From assembly GCA_022813965.1 (NCBI GenBank), contig JALDZS010000227.1:1-34731 (forward strand): a stretch of 34,731 bases of DNA, given 5' to 3'. Below, in pieces: positions 1 to 12,605 of the stretch (its first letter is position 1; each line of letters begins with the position of its first letter). The notes beneath the pieces are model-generated. The model saw only the letters and a list, made by a program, of their open reading frames with translations. It had not been told where the DNA came from and ran no database searches. The position numbers and the translations under genes are program-made. This DNA is from Toensbergia leucococca. Lineage: Eukaryota.

Positions 1-288
1 CTTTGGTGGGTAGAAATACCCTGGATACTCCTACTCAGTCAGTGGTGAGTTGGATGGTAGTGTACTCAGTCAATGGTGAGTAACTTATATAGCAACTGAT
101 AACTGTTGCTACCATTTGTTAGGGTTTCTTTTGAGATTCCGAATTCTGGGTGTAATTAGATGATGGATTGCTATCTAGGTGCGGAGCTACTAAATATACC
201 GTGGCTATGCCAAGCCACTTAGGGTTCTTGGCTCGCCTATCCTCGCCTAATCACTCCTAGCCCTAAGGAAGAAAGCAACACCGTAACA
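1..288 (-). mobile_element. 5' LTR (117-288) plus primer-binding-site/leader region of an LTR retrotransposon extending off the left edge
   Basis: The minus strand reads TGTTACGG...CCCTAACA (172 bp, TG..CA ends), immediately followed by AATGGTAGCAACAG (PBS-like TGGTAGC). The whole segment aligns by eye, inverted, with 32849-33130. Confidence 0.8.
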
Positions 289-299
289 TTAGCACCTAC

Positions 300-629
300 T
301 TTGAGTTTTATGAATTCTCATCTCTAATCATCTCATCATTATGATCTGAATAGATTATAAAGAAATAAGAGCATGAAATCATATAAGAAAAAGATGACAT
401 GCCTTTCTAAGAAAAGATTATGAAAAATTCAGGAGAGCATGAAGTGATCTTTTTGTGATAAGCAGTTGTTATAGTGCTTTTCTAGAGTTAGAGTAGTTAG
501 ATGAGAATAAGTAAGTCAGCAACTTTAAGTAACTTGACATTATCATAATATATCTAGTGACTTTATACTTAAATAGCTAATTATCTTTTAATTACACTCG
601 GATTTAGAATCTCAAAAGAGACTCTTACA
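300..629 (+). mobile_element. Mutated 3' end and 3' LTR (467-629) of the same LTR family
   Basis: TGTTATAGTG...GAATCTCAAAAGAGACTCTTACA matches the LTRs at 32849-33012 and 117-288 (inverted) with C>T/G>A changes. The upstream 300-466 resembles 34180-34305. Confidence 0.75.
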
Positions 630-1204
630 GAACAGCTCTCTGATGTCTGAAAGTCATCTGAAGCTTATCTGTAACTTGATTAAGCAGCGTAGTTAAGTCT
701 TCATTAAAGGCTTTAATTAAATGAACTCAGAACTCTGATCTGTCACTATTAAGTGTCTTAAGAGAAGTGTCTCAGAGTTTTCACTAAGAAGTTCACTGAC
801 AGCTTTAATTCTTATCTCTGCAGGCTGAGTCAGCAGATATCAAGATAAACAGATAAATTGCTCTCTTTTATATACTCACTGAGTATCTGTTAGACTGTCA
901 GGTGTCTGCACACACTGAACTGCAGAAAAAAATTTCAGCATGTATGTTTTTGTATGCGCATGTCAATTTTCTCATACAAATTCACAACTTCTGATACAGC
1001 ACAGACAGGGACATGATGATTTTTTCTGCACAACAAAAGCGCTTTCTTTTCATTTTTTCATTTCTTTTCTTTCATTCTTCACAAGCAATGAGGGCATTGC
1101 TTACTTGTGATGGGAGATAATGTTACAGTTCACTCTAGCATCCTAGCTTACGCACAGATCAAGGTCAATACAAGAGCTAGAAGTTGACATGCAGGGTTGT
1201 TAAA
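630..1204. mobile_element. AT-rich, CpG-depleted transposon relic, ending in a PPT-like tract and a truncated LTR start (TGTTACAG at 1121)
   Basis: No ORF, strong CpG depletion, and purine-rich GATGGGAGATAA directly before TGTTACAG. Confidence 0.5.
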
Positions 1205-1336
1205 TGTCACGGTTGTTACTCAGTGACACCCTGCCGGATACTTATACAGCGTTCCCCTCCTGTACTTTTAGATCTTTACCATTTGTGTTCTATTCAATAG
1301 TACCTCTATGACTAGACTCTAGGCCTGGCCCTGACA
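1205..1336 (+). mobile_element. Putative solo LTR (~132 bp)
   Basis: TGTCACGG...GCCCTGACA termini, the same terminal style as the other LTRs in the window. No clear target-site duplication. Confidence 0.5.
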
Positions 1337-1380
1337 CTCAGGCTCTGAATTCTTCATCAACCCCCATAGTATACGCTAAG

Positions 1381-4300
1381 TCAGCTCCCTCCTTGACCGC
1401 CCTCCCCTTCTGTAGCCTTTATCTCATCCCCACCGCTCGTCGCTTCCACCCCGTTCGCATCCCTCGTCTCTTTAGCACTAACCTCAACCCTACTCCCCTC
1501 AATACCCCCGGTAATCTTAGCTCCGTTCCCTACAGCCATCCGGCTAGCAATATCCTTGACCACATAAATCTGCCCGTACGTATCCGTAACATTGCAAAAC
1601 ATGCGCACAAACTTGGCCGATTCTTCCCCGCTCACAGTCTTGAGCTCAGCGACAGACAATTCCAAGCATTTCCGCTCAAAGGTAGCCAGACGCATCAGCC
1701 TGTCCTTGGACATGTCATCTGTTTCTTCTCCTTCCTTACCGAGGTAGTGAAACTCCCCGAAGTTGACGCTGTTGAGGTTCTTTTCTGCGCGATCACGAGC
1801 TAGAGAGCCGTGGTCGTTGTACATTCTGCATAGAGTGGCTAGGTGACGACATACGGCTTGGGAGATGTATTTTGATTCTGGAGTTGGGAAGTAGGATTGC
1901 TGAGAGTTCTTGGAGGAGAGGAGGCAGGTGGCGAATGCGAAGGAGTAGGGGCAGGAGGTGTGGGTGGAGGAGGTGGTGCGGACCCATGTAAAGAAGGTAG
2001 GACTCTCAGGTGAGAAGATCTTGGTCTTATCACTGCTTAGCGATGAAGTGAAGATCTTGTTATCGGAGATTTGTTGGACATGGGCTAGCAGGAAGGTTTG
2101 TAGCTCGGAAGCGAGAAGGATTTGGTCGTAAGGGCTGGCATTTTGAATACTTGGGTGATGGAGGACGTAGTGCGCAAAGCGGGAAAGGGTGGAGTAGACG
2201 TCAAGGATATCAAGAGCTAAAGGGGAGGCGTTCGAGTTCCTAATTTTGAAACCGTTGACACCGTTGGCCGTCTTTTGCTTCTTGGTAACACTGCCATCGG
2301 GAAGTTCCTCTTTTTCCTTGTGTGCGGCGAATATACGATAGATCACATCTCTGACCTCATCCAATCTATGTCCAAACTTTTCGCCGACTACAGCCTCCAT
2401 GTACTCGTCAGCCTGGTAATTAAGAAATGAAATGACCATCATGTCATGGAGAAAGTCTGCTCCGAAGAATGCTTTTTCAAGATTGTTCGATGCCGTCCAT
2501 GTGAACGGAATGTATTCAAAGTATTTATCTTCTGCCATGTCAGCACGTGGGAAGATGTCAAGGCGCATTTGTCTCAATTGAGGAAGGAACAGGTATCCTT
2601 CGATAAGAGCGGCACGGATCCACCACTCGGGGGTACCGGCGAACAAAGGTAGCTGCGAATAAAACTGAATGAATTTGCTTATTTTCTTCATTGGCAACTC
2701 GAACATGTCCTGTGTCTTGGCACCAAACGCGTGTATGTTCAAGGGGGAAACATTTAGAGCGGCTAGAATATAGGCTTGAGATAAAGACTCGGAGCCATAT
2801 GTGACTTTCTCAATCCATAGATACTCGGGCTTCGATAGACTTCCTTCATTCTCCGATACAAACGTGCGCCCATTTTCTATCCCAGACTCAATCCATGGAA
2901 GCATGGATTCGGCACAGGGAAGAGACGCAAGATTAGAGAGCGTCAGGATGGCGTACGAGGTCTCTTCGCAAGAGTGGCTGTTGCCCCAGGAGCCATCAGG
3001 GTTTTGGGTTTGCATTGTGCGGGTCAAGGTTTGGAAAAGAACTATTGAAACCTTGTCTATCAAGAGTTGCTCTGGAAGAGATGGCAGACGACCTTCGTCC
3101 CAAGCAACCAAGACTTGCATAAATGCTCGGGACATTAGCATCGTTGGGTAATATACTGAAAGATTCTGTTGATCAACTGAATTAGTAAAATCCTCGAGTA
3201 TCTCATATCGGCGTGATGTTCTACCCATTTATCGACAATTTTGCCATTGGAGCGCCACCAACAGCTGCAAAGATACCTCAGGGCTTTTTCGATTTGCGTA
3301 ACATATACATCGGGTCCGGCTGGGGCATGCAGAAGGGCGTTCAAAATGTTACAGTTTGCGCTGAAGCTCGCATCACTTTCGGAAAGATATGTTTTGAAAT
3401 GATCTTGCGCTTCATATTCTGCTATCATGCTGTCCGGACGAATGACTTTACCCAAAGTATTGAGAGCTGTCATGGCTTTTGCTGTATCGTCTGCATCGGA
3501 GCCTACGAGAGGCGCTGTACTCTTTCGTTAGCAGAACTCTACCACATTATGGATGAAAAGGTCATACCAAAGCCAATGAGACCATTCCCCTTGCGAAACG
3601 CGTCTTCAAGGATTCGAGCAAACATCTGAAGTTGATCCTGACCTAACGTTTCTGCTGTATAACCCCCTTCAAGAAGAGTAGATACCATCTAGATGGAGTA
3701 TTACAATATTAGTAATCAATTTCAGCTCGAGCTGAGGTCGTGCATTCAATGCAGCTCACCCATATCATTTCAAAATGCGTAGATGGAAAGGCGCTGGGAA
3801 CTCCACCATTACCCTTTCCACTCCCAGAAGATACGACATGACGGAGATAAGCCTCGGATTCGTTATCCCACTGATTACAATGCATGAGATATGCGGCCGT
3901 CGACGAAGGGGATGCCATCATACTGCCAAGGGTCTTATGATGGCTCAACCGATCAAAGTCAACTTTGCCAATAAAAGCCTCGAGCGAATGTAAAGCTGAT
4001 GTTTTGACGTTTTTATAGAACATTTTAGGATGGAATCTAGAGAGTTTTTCGTCTCGACGAGCTATAAGAAGCTGCCTCCCATGGAAATCAAATGTTATAC
4101 CATCTTCCTCCAGCATTTCCAACAGAGCTGGAACCAGTATCTCGTGTCCAACGTGATGAGTAGACTCGACGTCCCACTCGTCTAATTTGTTTCGAAGGAA
4201 CGAGGTAGCTTGAGATATTCTCGAGGCCATGTCTATTGAAGTTGGCTCGACGAGTTGGTGAGGATGGGCAGCATGGCTACGCAAAGCTAGTAATGCAGCC

Positions 4301-4566
4301 ATGGTATTCAAGATGCAGTCAATTTCAGAGGCATAGGTCTCCCAGCCTCCATGGGGCAGCTGAGATTCGAGAATATAGCGAAAGCTAGAGGGGAACAGCC
4401 ACTCAACGTTGCCGTCGACTGTTTTGGCGACCATGGCCACCCAGGCAGTATCGTAGATGGCGCATGACATGCTGCCGAGACCGTAAACACTGTCATAGCC
4501 ATGAATCAGGTTCCGAAGAAGCCGAGCTGCCCTTGAATCCAATTGAGCATTCTCCAGAAAAGGCAT
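1381..4566 (-). CDS. Bifunctional class II/class I diterpene cyclase (fungal CPS/KS family; related to ent-kaurene, aphidicolanol and pimaradiene synthases), ~1000 aa, 4 exons: 4566-3760, 3688-3568, 3514-3225, 3165-1381
   Basis: N-terminal YDTAWVAMV; class II DxDD motif DADD (3486-3497); class I DEYME (2395-2409) and NDHGSLARD (1792-1818); LWIEKVTY and HTSCPYSF segments typical of the family. Three GT-AG introns give a continuous 3003-nt frame. Confidence 0.95.
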
Positions 4567-5577
4567 GTTCGGGGGGCGATGTAGGCAAGCCGGAGACGTG
4601 ATTCATGCAGTGGTCACGACTGCTGTGTAAGATGTCGAGGACGATGGCGGCTGACATAAAGTGAAGCCTTGGTCGACAACGATGAGTGGGGAGGGTCAAG
4701 GTGGCATGACGTATCAGGATCGAGCATCGATACAGCTCCAGCTCTAGACCTGCCATGGTGAATCTCAAGGTACGGTAGTCTAATACTGTGACTAGTCGCA
4801 AGGCAGAGCCCGTGTAGTGTTTGTCAGACGTCAAGGATAGCATTCACCGCTTGGAGAGGACCTCTAAGCATCGTGATCTGAGGTTGTAGTACTTGCAAAG
4901 TGCTGTTGCACCAGCACAAGGAGATGTTGCCTGAAAGAGTTAGAGCGACATGGATGACACGCATGAATGCATGCAGGGACTAGGTAGTAAGGTAAGCAGA
5001 TACCGTAAATCCGGAAGACGGAAGACGGAAGACGAGGCACCGACCAAGCATTAAATCTTTTAGCTGCCTCAGCTGCATCTTGCATCTTCCATCTTTCCCT
5101 GCATCAGCGCTAAATTCATGTCCATTCCTCCACTCTGCCTGTTCAGCAATTCGTTAGTCTACCGAATAGCACAGATTGTCATGTTTTACCCGACTCCCCA
5201 ATATCGAATGCTTGTACTATTTGGACAAAGACCATTAAATGACTCGGGGCAGCCATCAGCCAAACCCTAACTCCACCATGACTATTTTACAGCCAACAAT
5301 GATATGTGTTATAACTACGCCCAATATGCATTACCCCAACTCGCTTGTTCCCATACCTTCCTATATCAAGATTGGACTCCTTGTCGCCCGCCAATGTATT
5401 CTCCTCTTAAGTCATTCTCAAAAGCAAATGACTTCCGTGCAAAGAGTGGAAATTCTAAGCGAGCATAACTCCTTGTCGCAGCTACGTGCCAGCGCCGTAA
5501 TACTGCGAAGGCAAAGTATTAGTCGAAACATTAGAGACCATGCCGAGACTTTTGAGAGTTGAGAGTCGCAATTCTTG

Positions 5578-6838
5578 CTAATCCAGGAGGAGACAATCTA
5601 AAATCTTCTCAAGCAATGAGTTGCCCCCCTCGATTGACCCTATCATGCCCTTGGCCTGTGCTTGCAAACAATTCAAAATATTCTTGGTGTAGTCCAGGCT
5701 TCGTGTAACATCTCTCATATAATCAACCGCATGCATTTTCAGAGCCTTGTCCTTGGTGCGGGACTTGAGGATATTAATAATTACGTTATTGTTAGATGGA
5801 CTATTTCGGATGGCGTGGATGATGGGAAAGGAAAATTTGCCCTCTTCAATGTCGTCGCAACAGCCTTTGGCTGCACTCATCTGTTCTATAATTTCAGTAC
5901 TGGAAATAGTAAGAGGCTTAGTAGCTGATCCAAGTGCGCGTACCTTTTCCGATGCCAGATTTTTGTAGTCATCTTGGATCTGGAACATGATGCCGATAAT
6001 GTTTGCCAAAGGAACAAGATCATAGCTGGTCGAACTGACAGTCTGCATCAATCGGATGGCAAGCCTGAAGAGACCACCGGTCTTGTTTGACGCCATTTCC
6101 AGATACTCGTCGTCGGTCGGGACCGTCAACGAGTCTCGCCAGTATAAATCCATACCTTGCCCTCGATGGAGATTCAAGAGTTCCTCGTTGAATACTTGAA
6201 GCGCTGCAGGCGTCTCGCTCAAGCCAAAGAGCTCCTTTTGGGCCTGGAAGTAGACATAATTGGCGCTATTGATGGTCTGAGCAATACCAAATACACTATT
6301 CGCTACTGGCGATCCACGTCGGAGCGGTGAATTATCTTGTATATCGTCGATGCTGCCAACGTCAGGAAATCCATCTCTCATCTTTGCTGGTCGAGAAATT
6401 TACAGTAGGGAAGCATTATGCAGCATAGTGATAGTACGCTCAACAATGCTATACGATTCATGGTCGATTCCAAGCCACACATTGAAGGCGGTCATGACTT
6501 TTCGGCGCACATCTTTCCCGGGATGTGACATCAAATAGTCGTAAGGTGCTTTAATGATCTGAAAGCCCTTGTCAGTGCCGGGGTAAAGACCTTGAACAAT
6601 TGAGAGAAGACATCACCTCTTCATCCTTTTCGGACCAGGATGGGGACTTCTTCGCATGCTCATATGCTTCGATCGAATCAAGACGACCCTTTCGAGTACC
6701 TGGCGCGATGGGATTTGGCGGAAGCAGGGACATAACCCCATCCACAGATGTACATTTCTCCTCATATGGAGGTGTCAAGGTCCCAGGTGAGAAGCCATTG
6801 TGATACGTACCATTCGGAGAATCATTCACGTGCGGCAT
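5578..6838 (-). CDS. Geranylgeranyl diphosphate synthase (trans-isoprenyl diphosphate synthase), ~362 aa, exons 6838-6617, 6558-6404, 6352-5944, 5880-5578
   Basis: PGKDVR, LHNASLLIDDIQD (FARM), LHRGQGMDLYWRD, KTGGLF, FQIQDDYKN (SARM) and DDIEEGKFSFP. Canonical introns restore the frame. Confidence 0.95.
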
Positions 6839-7871
6839 ATTGATATACGGTGAACGACGAGAGAGTTCTCTCAGTAGGTGGAGTTGTATGAGAGTAGGGA
6901 GATATCATCTGTAGGTGGATGTTGAAGAGTCCAATATCATTAAGTGAAGAAGTTGACGAAGAGGCTCTGTACAATGGCGAAAGAACGGAAGGAATAAGAG
7001 AGAACAGCATTGTCTTCTGGACAAAGTACCATGGTCTCATCGTCTCGATTGCTCATGCAACTCCGGTTTCTGGTACCTCCAAACTGCTTGTGCCTAGCTC
7101 CCAGCGCCCTACAGCTCCTTCGCCGAACAGCACTCACGGCGCAGATCCAAGGTAGACGGGACAAATCTTATTGCAAGGTCACATCTCCGCATCTGATGGT
7201 TGACTCCCGAGTAAGAGTCCCTTCCCCACGCTCGGCAGATGGTCGAAAATCTATCGTCTCTGGTTCGACGGTCTCGGGGATATTCCTACCTAGCCTACCT
7301 GGGCAGGGTGTTCGCATCGTGAGCTCAGCTGCCCGTCCCAATGTAACCATAAGTATGGGGTGGTGAGTTCAAGTGTGGTTACTTAGACTAGCAAAGCCAC
7401 AAGTAGCCCAGGTAACTCGTACGAGCACTAAGGTACTATAAGTGCTGTTGTCATCAGCTGATCCAGCCATACAGATCCGAGATACTCGTAGGTATGCACC
7501 CATCTGGAGAAAAAGTACGAGAAATGGCATTTGCCAATTGCATCTACCTTACTCTACCTACGTAAAGGTGGGCTCGAAATCATGCTAATAATCTTTTGCA
7601 AATACGTTTCAGTTGTCAGCGTCTTATTTCCCATTCATACTGACAACCGCTAGACTTCCAGTATTGATGCCTCCACCATATACAGATGAAGATTTGAATC
7701 AACTCGCCGACAAAGCTAGATGGGAACTTCATCGACCTCAAATCTGAGTTTCATCGCGTGACCATTCAAGTGATCTAGACCCGGTAACATGCATTACTTT
7801 GAACCTAGCTTTCAAAACAGTACCAGGCTATCGTCTATGACACTTGCATTTGTCACTAGCAAATTGCCGAC

Positions 7872-9625
7872 TTAGACCTTGCGCTTCACAGGAGTCAGCC
7901 GTACTTCCAGAGGTTTCTTCTCTACTAAGATATAAGTCTTCTGCTCCGCCCAATCAGGACAAGACAATACACCCCCAGGTAGAGAAAGATCAAAATTCCA
8001 TAGCAGACGCGAAACCAGTAGGCGCATTTCAACCCATGCTAGGTTTTGACCGATACAGCTCCGAGGCCCAACCCCAAAGGGATGGAGTACATCCTTTCTG
8101 TCTTTCTCAAACTTGGAAGACGTGGAATTGGTATCAAGCCAGCGCTCTGGGATGAATTGGTCAGGCTCTGCAAAGTTGGAGGAAGAGTGGTAAGCAGCCC
8201 ACTGAAATACTGAGACGGCAGTCTAGACAACGAGACTATTAGCAGATCATCATTAAAATTTCGGAAAGGGAAAAATGCGTAGATAGATTGATATGACCAC
8301 AATCTGAATTAACATAGCCAAGACTTAGATGAGTGTGGTTCGCGTGTCAATCGAGTATTGGAACCGCTGTAAAAATGCAGAAGACTTACTCCGCCGCGCA
8401 GCCAATGACCGCAAACGGTGTCTCCACCCTGAGGTACTGCTCGCGGTAGACCAGCCGCAATTGCTGGGCAGACACGAGTTCCTTCTTGTAGGCAGGCTGT
8501 CAGATATGGAAGCCTACTAGAAGTAGCATTCGCAAATGTGATCTCTGATTCGTCTTTGAATTCGCCCCGGATTTCGTCCACGACTTTCTTCATAATTTCG
8601 GGGCTCTTCAGCAGGTAATTAGTTGTCCCTGATAAAACAGTAGACGTCCCATCGCTGCCTCCAACGATAACGATTACGGCAGTGGATTCAATTTCTTGCA
8701 CCGACATACCCTTCTCATCGTTGTGTCGTGATATGTAGTACATGAAATCGTGCCTGTCCGTCTTCAGCTTAAGTCGACGGTGGACTTTATCATGGCTCTG
8801 CTGGATATGGTTATCCCGCTCCTGGATAATGCTTTTAGGCAAAGCCATTTCAAGAAGCTTTCCCAAGGGTGGATAGAACCGTGTTGAAGCTATAAGAGTG
8901 GCGCCTTTTAGGTATTTGAATATCATGGAAATCCAGGGATTATCTTGAGATGTCTCCAAGCAATGGAAAGACTCCCCAAATCCAAGATCCCCAATCACGT
9001 CGAAGAGAAACCAAGTATACCATTGAACTATATCCACAATAGCATTACCTCCGCTCGCCTTTGTCTGCTCATGTAATTTCTTGATAAAAAGATTCGTGTA
9101 TTCTTGGACAATTGGCTCCTGCTCTCTCAATGCTTGCTCGGAAAAGGCATGGTTCAAGAGTTTACGAATCCTTGTGTGATCGACCTCGTTTGCGCTCATG
9201 ATATGGTCTACGCCGTTCGCGGGCTCGTCTCGGAACTTTGGATTCCTGGGAAACGGCTTGTGTCCCGGACGATGAGCGTATATGTCTTTCCATGCTGAGG
9301 CTTGGATGAAGGACAATTCGTCTGGGCCGATCCGGACAACTTCCCCATATTTGTCGTGCAAGTCTTTGACTTGATGGGCTAGGTTACCGGTGGTAAGACT
9401 GCGGACGTATGGAAAGCGGTATGCAGCCCAGAGCTTGGGGCCTGGGTATCGAGCAAGTGGGTGAAAGTATAAGTTGTAGATGGCCGTGGTGCAGATATAC
9501 TGGGCCCAGAGTTAGCCAAGCATGGTCAAGAGAGTTATTTGGTTGCTTACCGTGAAAAGCAAACAGACAGACAAAATAATGATGCCAAGCGGGCTGAGGA
9601 AAGATAGCTCGCTGAGAGGAGGCAT
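7872..9625 (-). CDS. Cytochrome P450, CYP65/Tri11-like, ~511 aa, exons 9625-9551, 9499-8390, 8222-7872
   Basis: N-terminal TM anchor, FHPLARYPGPK, VVRIGPDELSF, EGTR (ExxR), PERW and heme motif FGVGPRSCIG. Confidence 0.92.
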
Positions 9626-10716
9626 GATGGATCGTTACTCAGAGATTTAGAGAAGGCTTGGGAGGTGTGACACGGAACAGTTGACAAGTCAGCAAGCTGG
9701 GCCGAAGCATTGGTTAGTGTATTCAATGTGGGCCTTGAGTAAGACAAAAGTGCCGGTGCAGGTAATGATGTTGGAGGTTGAAAGGACCAAGTACGACCAT
9801 CAAGTTCATCCGTCAAAGTCCACGGGTGAATGAACAGCATGTTGCTGCCCAAAGATCGGAGGCCAAAGAGAGAGATCGAGCCAATCAGGACGACTTATCA
9901 AGTCACGGTATTTCTCAAAGATGAAGTCAACCCGGCACAGCCAGAGTACACTGACACTGTCTCTGCAGTGGGGACTGGGGGTGAAGTTCGAATAGGCTCC
10001 ACTCGCTCCCAGGCTCCTAAATGTTCTAGCTGACGCTTACCTACCTAGGTAAGGTAGTTCTAGGTAGAGCTACTCGCCTTAGCGCGATGTAACCTCTCCT
10101 GCAGACCTCCACCATATCAAGGAATCCGCGGGCTGTGGATTCAGTAAATGGTGCCGCATGACATAGGATGACATACAAGGCATCTAGATGCTCGTCATTT
10201 GCAGAAGGAATTAGTGGCATGCTAACGACTTGCATCACCCTTCCTGGTACATTGTCTTCCTGGTTGGTCATGGACTTTTGTCTTTGCCACTTTTCCAAAC
10301 ATGCACCCGAACTGTCAGACCATTGACTATCTGATCTCAATGGAGCTAAGGCACTTCAGCTCTCCGTCCTGCAGCCCAGGCTCCCGGGAAACCCAGCGGT
10401 GTGGGGAAGGGTGCAGTAGACCCGATCGACGGAGCCACTCGCTGATTTGATACTATGACGAAGCTACCAACAGCCAATTAATCATATTGCTCCATGGGCT
10501 GCATACCAGCCCGAAGTTCATGGGGAATCTCCGAGTCATATTAGGTATTGTCCGAATACCACCTCATCCAGAGTGGGATACATCGTGCCTCACTTTTCAG
10601 GACTCTCTGTGCGAAACCGCGAGGCTGGGAAGTACTTATCCTCATCTTCGCCCCTGTCTAGACAACCTCTGTTACTATTTATTTACTCTCAATCTCCGTA
10701 TCTGTTATATCGCTTT

Positions 10717-12605
10717 ATGACGGCCATGGAATTCATGAACGTGACAGACCCCATAGCTACTTTCAACCAGCAGCAAGCTCGCATTGTCGAGTTGAGCCAC
10801 AATGAGCCGGTATGGGTGTGGATCGTATCTGCCCTTGGGTTCATCTTTGTCTTTTACAGTCTCCTCAACACTTGGGGCAGTGACCAAGTCAAGGCTCCCC
10901 GAGTCGGTGTCCTCTCGAAATACGAGCCACTCTGGGTTACCAGATTTCGCTTCTTTCAGGGGGCAACTTCTATGATCAATGATGGATACGCCAAGGTAGG
11001 AATCCTCACTTATCTTGATCTACGAAACATGTACTCACTGAATTCCAAGTTTAACGATTCAATATTCAAAGTCCCTGGCAGTAAAGCCGATATATTGGTT
11101 TTATCTAACAAATACATCGATGAAGTCCGAGTCCTACCAGATACCATTCTTGATTCACTCCAACCATTGATCAATGTCAGTCACCATTCCTGGAGTACCT
11201 CTCGGTCTCACTGTCAGATCAAAACTAAAATTTCCACGGCTTAGAACATTCACTGCGGTTTCTCAGGTTGCGAGATTCTCACCGAGAGCGATCTGCACAA
11301 GCGTATCATCCAGACCAAGTTAACCCCTAATCTGGGAGTCTTCATCCCAAGCGTGTGGGCTGAGCTTGGTCTCGCGATCAAGAAGGATTTTCCTACAAGT
11401 GAAGGTAGGGACATCATCAAACTTATCTCTGCGAACGAGGACTCATGCTTACGGTTCCGTTAGATAAGTGGACCTCAGTCAATGCGTATCACGAAATCCT
11501 ACATCTAGTGGCGCGAATCTCCGCTGTTGTCTTCGTTGGAGCTCCCACTTGCCGTGATGAGAAATGGCTGTCAGCGTCGACTAGTTATTCCGAGTCAGTG
11601 TTCATGACAAGCGCACTCATGCGTGTATTTCCACCAAAATTGCGACTCGGTCTTTCCACATTTCTTCCCTCGGCTTGGATGGTACCTTTTTATCGAAGGC
11701 GATCTACGAAGATCATCGAGAATCTGATCAAAGAGCGAGTCGCAGCGCAAAGCACTGGGGAGGCATCATATGAAAAACCAGACGACTTTCTTCAATGGAT
11801 GATGGACGCTGCTGATGAGAATGATGCACAGCCTCACAAACTTGCTCAACGGCAATTGATCATGAGCTTGGCGTCCATACACACGACGACAATGTCAACT
11901 GTTCACACAATATACGACCTTTGCGAGCGACCCGAGTACGTACAGCCGCTACGAGAAGAAATTGAATGCGTGCTTGGGGAAGACAATGGCTGGCAGAAGA
12001 CATCGTTGGAGAAGATGCGCAAGTTGGATAGCTTCATGAAGGAGTCGCAGAGATTCAATCCTCCATCACAACGTAAGTTTCCCGTCTCGAATTCCCAAAA
12101 GGAGAGATGTAAAATCAGCAGCAATACTAAGGGAAATGGTCTAGTTTCGTTCAATCGTATACTCAAAGAGCCTCATACGTTGTCTGACGGCGTTCATCTG
12201 ACCAAAGGCACACACATCACTATGGCTTCGGGTCCAACACAGTTTGATGCTGCCGTCGTCTCTCACCCGAGGCAGTTTGACGGGTTCCGAGCGTATAACA
12301 GGCGCCTAGACCCAGCGGAGAATAGTAAACATCGTTTCACCAATACGGATAATGACTGTTTCCACTTTGGTCACGGAAGTCATGCTTGCCCCGGCAGGTT
12401 CTTCGCATCCAATCAAATCAAGATGATTTTGGTTCACTTCCTCCTTGCCTACGATTTTCAGTTTCCTTCGAAAAAGGGAAGACCAAGTAATTATAGGGCG
12501 CATGAATACATTTTCCCTGATCCGTCAGGAAAGGTTGATATAAGGGAACGTGAAGGAGGAAGTCGAAAGTGGTTAGACGGTGCTCTTGGAGCAAGCGAGT
12601 CATAA
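10717..12605 (+). CDS. Cytochrome P450, ent-kaurene-oxidase-like (CYP503/CYP68/CYP512 group), ~544 aa, exons 10717-10995, 11050-11175, 11245-11404, 11464-12072, 12145-12605
   Basis: DDFLQWMM, SLASIHTTT I-helix, LDSFMKESQR, and heme motif FGHGSHACPGRFFASNQIK. Four GT-AG introns keep the frame. Confidence 0.93.

Noticed and set aside
9547..9852. 101-aa ORF as the first P450 exon
   Set aside because: Wrong frame for the splice. The ATG at 9625 gives an in-frame TM anchor.
10573..10716. Upstream extension of the second P450 ORF
   Set aside because: It begins at GTG, which is not a normal fungal start. The first in-frame ATG is at 10717.
1381..12605. Calling this the gibberellin cluster or assigning a specific product
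   Set aside because: No desaturase is present and the P450 set and layout differ. Cyclase product specificity cannot be read from motifs alone.
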